The translations under genes and the position numbers were made by a program. A stretch of DNA of 63,240 nucleotides, counting the filler, from Lenisia limosa (Eukaryota; Protista; Breviatea), in NCBI GenBank assembly GCA_001655205.1. It is 5 parts of 5 records of this genome, joined end to end, with 100 filler letters (N's around TTAATTAATTAA, not from the genome) between each part and the next. Parts side by side here need not be neighbours in the genome. Positions count along the whole stretch, not along the records: positions 52,032 to 56,517 come from LPNZ01005677.1; positions 56,618 to 63,240 come from LPNZ01009045.1; 3 more parts are not named here. The stretch is one strand, 5' to 3'. Positions 53,435-63,240 of the stretch are shown here, piece after piece. Numbering within the stretch: position 1 is the stretch's first letter; every line of letters begins with the position of its first letter. The notes below the pieces were generated by a model. The model searched no databases. It was given only the letters and a program-made list of their open reading frames with translations, and was not told the origin of the DNA.

Positions 53435-56401
53435 GTTACACGCACAAAGAACATTGACTTTGAACCTCAAAACAAGTTGAAACAGTTCCATTTTCCATAA
53501 CACCATTACTAAAACTAAACCATGCTCTTGGAGGTCCTTTTCGGAAACAGCCAGTGCAGCAGATGGATATTGGAGGGGTACTCAGATGAGCTGGCACGGC
53601 AAAGACAACACCAAGTGGACCTCTTGCATATCGTCAATTATGTCCTCTGTTACCAATTCAAGCTCCACTGTCTCTGGGTGGGCGTATTAATGTAACAAAA
53701 AGCCCAAAATCAACTCTGATGGAATGAAATGTGTGTGTGAGAACAAAACAAACAAAGCCAGGCCAGTCGCTTTCCCCCTTTCAATACTTCCAATTTTTTT
53801 CATAACCCCCCCCCCCNNNNNNNNNNNNNNNNNNNNNNNNNNNNNNNNNNNNNNNNNNNNNNNNNNNNNNNNNNNNNNNNNNNNNNNNNNGCGGTGATCC
53901 TCGCAAACTCTGGTAGGCGGTAATGGGAAAAAAAACAAGGTAGTATCTGGACGAAGCCTCCCACACCATCAAGTTTAATATTAATTCACCCAATCATTGT
54001 AGAAATGAGCACAAAAGAAGAATTAATAGTTCAATTTATCTTGATAAATGTTGATCGTTTAGAGGCCTTCCTTCATCATCAACAACAATCAGCAACACCC
54101 ACATTCCACGAGACTGTGATCGTATAATCATCTGAACTCTGTTGACCACAACGTCCTTGACTGCGGGGTGGCCTGGGGGGTCTGTCCACACCACAATGGC
54201 TAGAAGGGTTGCGTTCTAAATGGCATGAAGCCTAATGAGGGGAGTGGGTGCTACATTAAAATGATATTTGATGTGCTATTATGTGCTTGTGACAATGATT
54301 ATTGATGGCGTGTTATAAATGATATGATGAAGAAATTCCTTTGGTCTAAGGCTCCATCATTTGCCGTACAACTAACCATTGGAGGGGTTTTCACCCTTAT
54401 AAGATTACAACCGCTAACCACAGGGGAGGGAACTATAGCCACTTACAGTGGGAGAAAAAGAGACGTTCAATGACGTGATATCATTGGGGGATAAAAGAAG
54501 GGACTTGAAGTAGTACGGTGCGCTCGGGTTGATGATGGCATCCACATTGAATACTCCATGCCCTGAGGGGGGGGGGGGGNNNNNNNNNNNNNNNNNNNNN
54601 NNNNNNNNNNNNNNNNNNNNNNNNNNNNNNNNNNNNNNNNNNNNNNNNNNNNNNNNNNNNNNNNNNNNNNNNNNNNNNNNNNNNNNNNNNNNNNNNNNNN
54701 NNNNNNNNNNNNNNNNNNNNNNNNNNNNNNNNNNNNNNNNNNNNNNNNNNNNNNNNNNNNNNNNNNNNNNNNNNNCGTTGATGAATATTGGCGTAAAGGT
54801 ACTAATCACGAAACAAATAATCTGAAACTTCAAACAAAAAACAGAAAAAAAAAAACAAACAATACGAGCAAGCAACGCAAAAGACACAAGCCAGATGACA
54901 AAGGAACACAATACACATACATCCAGAACTTCTTCCTGTCCCCCAAAAAAGACCGAATTTCTCCCTATCCTCAAATGTCGGAATCTTTCGAAGCGATAAG
55001 AAACGTTCATTTATAGAGCAGAGCTATACCTTCCCAGATATTTGGTCTTTTCTGGTCTTTGAGGTGGATAATTGTGTCGTCCCGTGATGTCGGCCCTCTA
55101 ACTTCAGCAGCAATGCCCTGAAGAAGTCATTTTGGTTCACCTTTACCAAAAAAAAAGGCTGAGTTTCTTGATAAATCCTAGATAAATATCGATATTTAAC
55201 CGGTCTTTTTCGGTCTAAACCTAACAGTTCACATTCACACACTTCAAGCTTTTGTGCGGCGTATATAGCAAAAGCCTTCAACAAGCCGCCTAAATGGGTG
55301 AGGGTATGCCAAGCTCATTATTTTCAGAAGTTGTAAGGTTATGGGGGCAAACACCAACAACTGCCTAAAAGGCTGAAGGTTTTTGGTTTTGTCGTTATGG
55401 GTTTATTATTGTCAGAGTAATGCTTGTTGTCAAGGGGTTAGTAATGTGGTTTCTCTATCACTGTCACATTTGTGGGTTATTTGGGGCGAAAAGCTTGAAG
55501 AAACATATCGATATTAGGGGGAATCCCTTCGCTCATAAGAAGGCAACAGGATCATTAAATAATGGCACAAATAATAGGCATTGCACAGAAAATGTCACAA
55601 ATAGGAGGCATTGCAGAGAGCATTTTACATATTGCAATAAATAGTATTATCATGATCAACTTTGGCACCAACCGGGAGGAGCCATGCTTCGGGATTTTGT
55701 GGGAACCCCATCAGGATACCTAGAAGGTAAAGAAGTGGGTGACTGAATAATACTTAAACCAAGATCTCCAAAAAGTGGGCGGCTTCGGTTAGATAGATGA
55801 ATAGATGATAATTAGGGCTTCACTTCGCTTCGAAAAAAAAAGACTGAATGTCTCGATACATTCTCGAAAACTATCGATATTTTCACGTGTTTTTTGAACC
55901 AAAGTGAAGCGCTTATGTAAGTAGATACTATTGATATACTACACAATAAACCAATATGATACATGATACCACAAAATCTATTAAACATGATATCGTGGAC
56001 GGCGAAACGCCGAAGAAGCGCTGGGCAAATTGTTTGGTTTTGCTCCCCTCCCCCCACACAAGCCCCACCTTCCCTCCATGAAATACTGGCGAATCAGAAG
56101 GAGACCTCCTGATACGGCAGGNNNNNNNNNNNNNNNNNNNNNNNNNNNNNNNNNNNNNNNNNNNNNNNNNNNNNNNNNNNNNNNNNNNNNNNNNNNNNNN
56201 NNNNNNNNNNNNNNNNNNNNNNNNNNNNNNNNNNNNNNNNNNNNNNNNNNNNNNNNNNNNNNNNNNNNNNNNNNNNNNTAATTTGCCCTCCACCGCAATA
56301 CACTATAAATATTTTTTTCTCCCACCATAGACGTTCCACTCATGCCCATGGTTGCGGCTGTTGAGTAGTCTTTTGAGTCGCTTGCACAAACCGGCCCCTC
56401 G
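53435..56401 (-). CDS. Subtilisin-like S8 serine protease, KP-43/TagC type, C-terminal half (5' end cut by linker)
   Basis: Catalytic Ser motif MSGTSM (~56330); PAVSGGLLLIRQYFMEG; YPDG...APPG|GLLKAFAIYAA; LLAIVVWTDPPGHPAVKDVVVN, resembling the LVWTDPPG...LVN motif of the KP-43-type C-terminal beta domain. The 3' end is uncertain. Confidence 0.85.
55813..55914. mobile_element. hAT-like MITE (family 1) in a subtilase intron
   Basis: tagggcttcacttcgcttcgaaaaaaaagactgaatg...gaaccaaagtgaagcgctt. Confidence 0.85.
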
Positions 56402-56517
56402 CTGCCCAATGTAAGGACAGGGGGAGTAAAATTGGAGATCCCAAAATCATGTTGGGTAGCAACAATGAAGGGTTGAAAATAACAAAACAAACAATGCCCA
56501 GGCCATACGCATCAATT

Positions 56518-56617
56518 NNNNNNNNNNNNNNNNNNNNNNNNNNNNNNNNNNNNNNNNNNNNTTAATTAATTAANNNNNNNNNNNNNNNNNNNNNNNNNNN
56601 NNNNNNNNNNNNNNNNN
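56518..56617. other. Artificial scaffold linker
   Basis: 44N-TTAATTAATTAA (56562-56573)-44N. Confidence 0.97.
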
Positions 56618-57922
56618 ACAGTCTGGTCAACACTCTCGAGACCACATCCCTCTGCGTGGCCTCCACCACCATGATGCTTGGCAACGTGTTCTACGCCGAG
56701 CTTGACACCGCTGTTCTCACCACCGCTATGACCTTCATTCTCCTTCTCTGCATCTTCTCCGTCGTTATTCTGGTGGGTTTAATGATTTTACCTTTGGGGT
56801 AAATCGCACTTATCCTCCTCTGCATCTTCTCCGTTATTGGGGGGGAGGGGTAAAGGCTTCTTTTTTTTTTTTTTTTTTNNNNNNNNNNNNNNNNNNNNNN
56901 NNNNNNNNNNNNNNNNNNNNNNNNNNNNNNNNNNNNNNNNCACCTTCCTGAGACCTGTCCGTATTTAGACCAGCCTCAAAACAATTCCAACCTCTCTCTA
57001 GATCTTCGAAATTTCAATTTTACTTTCTTTTAGGTTATTGTTGTGGGCTACAATGTCATGCTCAAGAAAAAGCACGACTCGATGGTGGGTTGAATTGTTA
57101 TCATTAGGTCCGAAAAAGACAGTTACAATATCGATATTGTTATCGAGGTTTTATCGAGAAATCATCACCACCACTATCGCTACCATTAGCGACTTGTTGT
57201 TTTCAACCCTAGTCATTATTTAGCTTGCAGATTTGATTATAATATTTTTATACGATAATCCAGTATCTCTTATAACTGCCAGATACAACCTTGTTTTTTA
57301 TTTCTCATTTGTTTCATAATATTAACCCCTTTGTAGCGAAAGCGAGAAAGTAACTTCACTGAGATGGAAGCGCATCAGATTGCCGACTTGGGCATGGATG
57401 AAGATATTGTGAGAGGGGGGAGCTATCAGGGGTATTTTGCTAGGATATTGAAAGGTTCAGAAATGTATTGTTGCTGGATTATGAAGCAGATCATAATCCC
57501 CGTTCTGCCCCCTAATTAGTACTTCTATGTCTCTTGACTCATATTGTCTCTTATTTTGACCCCCTCCCCCGCTGTGATGGGATGCGGTGCTGCAGAAGTG
57601 ACTGGCTTGGGCTTTGTTTGTTTTGTTCATCAATCCTCGTGTTTTGCTAGCCAACAGAGTTGATTTTGGCTTTTTTGTTTCATAAATATACCAATTTCAC
57701 ATAAATTTTCGTTTCACTCCCTCCCCCCTAGGACGAGGCTGAGCTGGAGACGTTTGAAGCGAAGCCGGGATCAACAGAGTCGATGAGCATGGACTCATCC
57801 ATGTCAATGTCGGATAGCGGCACCATGTCGTCGGGGGTCTAGATCTATTTATATTGTTACATGTATTTGTGTTTTGTTTGCATTGCGATCTGTTTTAGGA
57901 TGATGATGATCGGAGCACTTGA
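56618..57922 (+). CDS. C-terminal end of a polytopic membrane protein (5' end missing)
   Basis: LVNTLETTSLCVASTTMMLGNVFYAELDTAVLTTAMTFILLLCIFSVVIL|VIVVGYNVMLKK, then an acidic/Ser-rich tail DEAELETFEAKPGSTESMSMDSS...DDDDRST*. Confidence 0.7.
57586..57700 (+). repeat. Dispersed intronic repeat family 3 (3' splice-site proximal)
   Basis: ggtgctgcagaagtgactggcttggg...gctagccaacagagttgattttgg...tgtttcat...ccaattt. Related copies at 58800-58913(+), 60013-60100(+), 53690-53770(-), 56424-56505(-) and 52462-52505(-). Confidence 0.85.
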
Positions 57923-58204
57923 GGTAGAAGGGCGTAATGATGACCTTGGCAGGTGTTTTGAAGAACCCAGAAAAGCCTGGGTGTAACTTGGATGTAACAA
58001 AGCAACAAAGCAACAAATAATCCAACAAACTATCTCAACTTATTCGTTTGTTTTTGGACAGACTACCCCCCCAGAAAAACATATATAAATCTTTTCTTTG
58101 TAAATATTTTAAAATTTCATTTAGACCCAGTACCTCATTGATCACACAGCATCATCATAGCAGTATTTTGTTGAACGGAAGAAGAAAATACGGATCAGAA
58201 CACC

Positions 58205-60499
58205 ATGAGAGAACTCAAGTTTCACGAGAAGAAGCTTCTAAGGAAGGTAGACTTCCTGAAGTGGAAGACTGACGACTCTTTGAGGCAAAACCAAGTCATT
58301 GAAAAGTTTAGGCTCCCCGATCGCGAGACTTATGCGAAGTAGGCAGCTCTCTTGCCTCTCTTGGTGTTAACATCTTTAGATATCAGAAGTTAGCTATGCA
58401 AGTCCGGCAGCTTGCTGTCAAAGTCAGCAAGCTCCCAAAGAGTGACACAACAAGGATCCAAACAACGGAGAACCTGCTAAACAAGCTCTATCACCTCGGT
58501 GTGATTGATATGTCAAAGGTTGGCGAGGATATCAGAGAAAGAGCTATCAATTCTATAATCTGAATTTGCCCTTGCAATTTCAATTTGAATAATAATAAGA
58601 ATTACCAGATATGTAATTATTGATAAAAAAACTGTGGTAATAAGATTACATTTGTAGAATATTGGGGAGGGAGATACTCTTTTTGAATGGGAAGACAAAA
58701 TCGAGAAATAAAACCCGAGATAACACAAATTATCAACAGTTATCACCAGTGATAAGAAGAGTGCCCAAATAAGACTGTTTGAAATCCTGTATATTATGAG
58801 GTGCTATAGAGGCGACTGGCCTGGAAGTTGACTGTTTTGTTGCTTTCAACCCTTATGTGTTGTTAGCCAACAGAGTTGATTGTTTTTTTGCCTCATACAG
58901 TTTCCAATTTTACTCTCGCCTCTCTCTCTCCCCCCCCCCCCCCNNNNNNNNNNNNNNNNNNNNNNNNNNNNNNNNNNNNNNNNNNNNNNNNNNNNNNNNN
59001 NNNNNNNNNNNNNNNNNNNNNNGCACTCGCAGGTATGTCCCTGGAGGGGGGTGGTGGCGGTGGGGGCTAGAAGAAGAGACTTCCCAATGTTATATACACT
59101 GACCACGATAAGTCCTGATACGATGGACTTGAGATAAAGCTCAGTATCCCGTGTCAGTATTTATCACGGGCATTGTGCATAATATTTATGTGTTCCCTCT
59201 GGTTCTAAAAAAAGTCCGGAAAGGTATCTTTTTTCGAGGTAATCGAGAAGTTCAGTTTTTATTGGTGTCGTTGGGAATCACAATATATTTTCAATAAATG
59301 TGAAAATATGGACACAGCTTCGGCTGTACATCCTCTTAATTTCAACGTATTATTAGGGCTTCCCTGTGATAAGGGCTTCACTTCGGTTCGAAAAAAGGCT
59401 GAATTTCTCGAGAAATCCTCGATAAATATCGATATTTTACCAGTCTTTTCGGACCGAACTGAAGTTCATTCTGAGTTTCTTAAGGAACCGGTAAAATCGC
59501 GTTTTGTTTCGAGGTTATCCATTGGGACCAAGGTTCTCTCATACTATATATATATAGCTATGATATATAATGTAACCTCTCTCAAATGTCGATGCTATAT
59601 AATCCCTCTCGTGTTCATGCTATATTAATTAATTAAGTCCATACTGAATAATCTCCCCCAGACTACCAGTGGTGATGGTCCGTCTCAAGATGGCTGCCAG
59701 TATCAATGAAGCAATGAAATACGTCAGACAAGGGCGTGAGAGGGGGTAATAGTAGAGATTTGATGATAGGCATAAATTTTCATTCAGTTTGTGTGATCTG
59801 GTTTTTCTAGTTTAAACGTGTGTTACCGTGTTACTGCTTGTTTTTTTTTGTTTTGTTGTTATGTTGTAATGTTGTCCCCCCCCCCCNNNNNNNNNNNNNN
59901 NNNNNNNNNNNNNNNNNNNNNNNNNNNNNNNNNNNNNNNNNNNNNNNNNNNNNNNNNNNNNNNNNNNNNNNNNNNNNNNNNNNNNNNNNNNNNNNNNNNN
60001 NNNNNNNNNNNNCTGGCCTGGGCTCGTGTGTTGTCAGCACAACAGTTGTGTCTGTAGTTGATTTTGGACTTTGTTTTTGTTTCATAGATTTTCCAATTTA
60101 CCGCCCCCCCAGACGTCCGTGTGGGGCCCAATACCGTCACGGATCCTGCCATGTTGATCACCCGCGTCATGGAGGACTATATTACCTGGGCCAAGACTTC
60201 GGCTATCAAACGCAAGATCCATAAGGTGGGGTGGGAGTGGTATGTATACATATATATGATATGCTTCCTGCTACATATACATATCTAGATATATGATATC
60301 ATANNNNNNNNNNNNNNNNNNNNNNNNNNNNNNNNNNNNNNNNNNNNNNNNNNNNNNNNNNNNNNNNNNNNNNNNNNNNNNNNNNNNNNNNNNNNNNNNN
60401 NNNNNNNNNNNNNNNNNNNNNNNNNNNNNNNNNNNNNNNNNNNTCGTATTCTCACCTCTCTAGTACAACGACAACCTTGACGATTATGATCTCATGTAA
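58205..60499 (+). CDS. IMP3: U3 snoRNP / SSU processome protein IMP3 (S4 family)
   Basis: [21 protein letters not shown]...; [11 protein letters not shown]; [12 protein letters not shown]...AMKYVRQG|; [37 protein letters not shown]|[11 protein letters not shown]. One exon lies partly in an N gap. Confidence 0.96.
59371..59469. mobile_element. hAT-like MITE (family 1) in an IMP3 intron
   Basis: aagggcttcacttcggttcgaaaaaaggctgaatttctcg...ggaccgaactgaag. Confidence 0.85.
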
Positions 60500-61067
60500 T
60501 GGTCCAAAGGTTCCCCAGGTATTTGTTTTTCTTTTCTTTATTTGTCTAATGTCTACGTTCTGCAATGCAGCTGTTTCACCCAATCATTTGTCTTGCAACT
60601 CTGTGCACACAGCTTCATGCCACCCCCCCCCCCATCTCCCCACAAACCACCAGATCACATACCAGTTGCCTCGCTCCTGCCTCCATTGTTTCCACTGTCT
60701 TTATCTTCCANNNNNNNNNNNNNNNNNNNNNNNNNNNNNNNNNNNNNNNNNNNNNNNNNNNNNNNNNNNNNNNNNNNNNNNNNNNNNNNNNNNNNNNNNN
60801 NNNNNNNNNNNNNNNNNNNNNNNNNNNNNNNNNNNNNNNNNNNNNNNNNNNNNGTCACCAGTTTAACCAGCGTATAAAGTGTGTAGTATACAGAGAGATA
60901 AAACAAGTTCTGGTCGAAGCGTCCACACCATCAGGATTACAAGGTAGATTTTGGATTACATGTGGTAAACTACACACCAATAATTGCCAAAAAGCTCTTT
61001 CAAGCCCCTTGCCATGTAAACCATCAACAGCTGAAATCAGATATTAAATGTACAAACAACCATCGGC

Positions 61068-62983
61068 CTAGATCTTGGCCTTCTCCTCAAGGGCGATCTC
61101 CTTGATCTCGGGCTCCTCCTCTGCGGTCACAAGAGTGGACGGGCGGTCGGACTTCTTCANNNNNNNNNNNNNNNNNNNNNNNNNNNNNNNNNNNNNNNNN
61201 NNNNNNNNNNNNNNNNNNNNNNNNNNNNNNNNNNNNNNNNNNNNNNNNNNNNNNNNNNNNNNNNNNNNNNNNNNNNNNNNNNNNNNNNNNNNNNNNNNNN
61301 NNNNNNNNNNNNNNNNNNNNNNNNCAGTCGTAATTAGCACACAAGAGCTTTAATGAGTGCATTATGAATCAAAGTACCCCCATTCAATTTTTTTATTTTG
61401 AGCGATTTCATAATTATGTGTCTCTCAACTTATCATGTTCAATAATATTGAGGCGTAATAACATGATAAAAATTTCACATCATCCCCTTATCATTATTGA
61501 AAACGGGGGCTTTTCCGACAAAACAATATTCAGTGTTAGGATATTAGAGACAAATAATCTGAAACACTCAAACCACAAGAGACACAAATCGAGAGAGAGG
61601 GGGAAACAATAAAAAAAAAAGGGGGGGGGGGGGAANNNNNNNNNNNNNNNNNNNNNNNNNNNNNNNNNNNNNNNNNNNNNNNNNNNNNNNNNNNNNNNNN
61701 NNNNNNNNNNNNNNNNNNNNNNNNNNNNNNNNNNNNNNNNNNNNNNNNNNTCGCATCTACATGTATATATCCATAATTAGATACTCAGCCACTCCGATAA
61801 CATTTATTGGAGTAAAAATAAGAACAGTATCATAATATCTGATCGAAGCCGTCCAGATTATCAGAGATGATGGATGATAACCCCTATAACTGTATATAAC
61901 AACATTTTAAACTACTTTGATAGAACAAAAGACATAACAATGACACAATGCGGAAATGAGAGAAAAAAAAAAAGGTATCTGGCCAAAGGCATCCAATCCA
62001 CTCTTATTGGGGCTTCCCTTCGGTCCGAAAAAGCCTGTCAAAATATCGATATTTCTCGAGAATTTATCGAGAAATTCAGTCTTTTTTGGGACCGTAGGAA
62101 AGCCCTAACTATTATAATAAGGGATATTGGCCCCCGTTCATATCATCACGTTTATCAAGATATCAGGCCGCACACCATCATGGTTTATAAGAGGTACAAA
62201 TGATATACATGTATAGTCATAAAATAATCCCTAAATAAGACTAAACTATCACCAAAAAAAAGCAAAATAAATGAAAAAAGGGCTCTCAGGTGATACAAAA
62301 AGGCATAACAAACAGTCAGTCTATACTCTCATCGGTCAAATAGAAGCGGCAAAATGCCAGATAGCACAAAATCACAAAATATGACGAAATAAGACCCATG
62401 AAACGGATATATCTAAGCTCATCATATTAACACAACGGATGTTGGGGTGGAGTAAAGAAGAAAAGGATCCCCTTCACAGAACAGCAAGTCGGAATATTGG
62501 GCAGAAAGGCGGAGTTGGAAATACTTGGACACAATGCGACCATGAAAGACATGATCAACCCGCATACACCCTGAGTTTTGTCAATATGGAAGAGGAGGAC
62601 AAGCATAAGGATGGCAATCGCAATTGCGCCAATGCCGTGAAGAACAATCTCGAGAAGGTCGGGGTCGTTGTCGGGCTTGATCACTGGGAGTAAGGCTGTG
62701 CACGCAGGTTTAACGCCTACTTTTGCACTTGTAGTTGTCAGAGTCCCAAGAACCGTCGTCATCGCAGGTGAAAGAGGTCTCAGCTGGGTAGAAATCGCTT
62801 CTGCAGGTCACGTTGCACTTAGTGTAGTCGCCATTGCAGTTCATCACAATGCCTCCGTATCCAAGAGTTGGGAAAGGGTCGCAGGTCTTTGCTGAGGCTG
62901 AAATGTCATTGAAAAGATTGGATTTTCAAAATCCTACCGAAGGCAACAACTGCCACAAAGAAAAATAGACTCAGGAACTTCAT
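61068..62983 (-). CDS. Type I membrane protein with one Sushi/CCP-like domain
   Basis: MKFLSLFFFVAVVAF|ASAKTCDPFPTLGYGGIVMNCNGDYTKCNVTCRSDFYPAETSFTCDDDGSWDSDNYKCK; TM IVLHGIGAIAIAILMLVLLF; cytoplasmic tail ending EEEPEIKEIALEEKAKI*. Middle tail exons fall partly in gaps. Confidence 0.75.
62008..62107. mobile_element. hAT-like MITE (family 1) in an intron of the Sushi protein gene
   Basis: tggggcttcccttcggtccgaaaaag...gggaccgtaggaaagcccta; flanks actcttat / actattat (7/8). Confidence 0.88.
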
Positions 62984-63240
62984 TTTACGCTGCAATTCAA
63001 AGTTAGATCTGCAACACTTCTAGAACTCTTGGTGACAAACTACTAGCTTTTCCCTCTTACCTGCTTTTTGTGTTTATATTCAATAATAAAAAGTAAAAAC
63101 CGCGAAAAAAGGGTTGAAAAACAAAGAAAAAAATTCCTAAAAGAACTGATTACTTTGGATTACCAACAAAAATCGCGATTATTTGTGATTGATGCACTCT
63201 GACTCTTGTTAACCTGGTTAACCCACTTACCCCCCCCCCC

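Noticed and set aside
9894-61756. Numerous ORF-track entries running through N gaps or on the strand opposite spliced genes
   Set aside because: Artefacts of X-translation across gaps, alternative start codons or shadow frames; no coding evidence.

Overview
Intron-rich genomic DNA from a unicellular eukaryote. Most introns are short, AT-rich and GT-AG; the standard genetic code applies (TGA, TAA and TAG all occur as stops at family-conserved C-termini). The window is not one locus. Four artificial 100-bp spacers (44 N + TTAATTAATTAA + 44 N) join five unrelated scaffolds: 1-16447, 16548-41794, 41895-51931, 52032-56517 and 56618-63240. Genes recognised by manual splicing and translation: condensin II subunit CAP-D3, TFIIH p44/SSL1, a cullin C-terminus, an Aa_trans amino-acid transporter, CYRI/FAM49, a GH5 endoglycoceramidase, tRNA-Lys(CUU), an EH-PX-BAR sorting nexin, a secreted C-type lectin, a ZupT-type ZIP transporter, a NUDT19-like Nudix hydrolase, an ankyrin protein, a KP-43/TagC-type subtilase, IMP3, a Sushi-domain type I membrane protein, and several hypothetical genes. 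The most notable non-gene signal is three dispersed intronic repeat families, concentrated in the last 21 kb. (1) A ~100-bp palindromic MITE with TAGGGC...GCCCTA ends and 8-bp target-site duplications (hAT-like). (2) A ~150-bp hairpin-bearing element, mostly sense to its host gene. (3) A ~100-120-bp element found only in sense orientation and lying just upstream of 3' splice sites. Exon boundaries were assigned by eye and are approximate; no database search was run.
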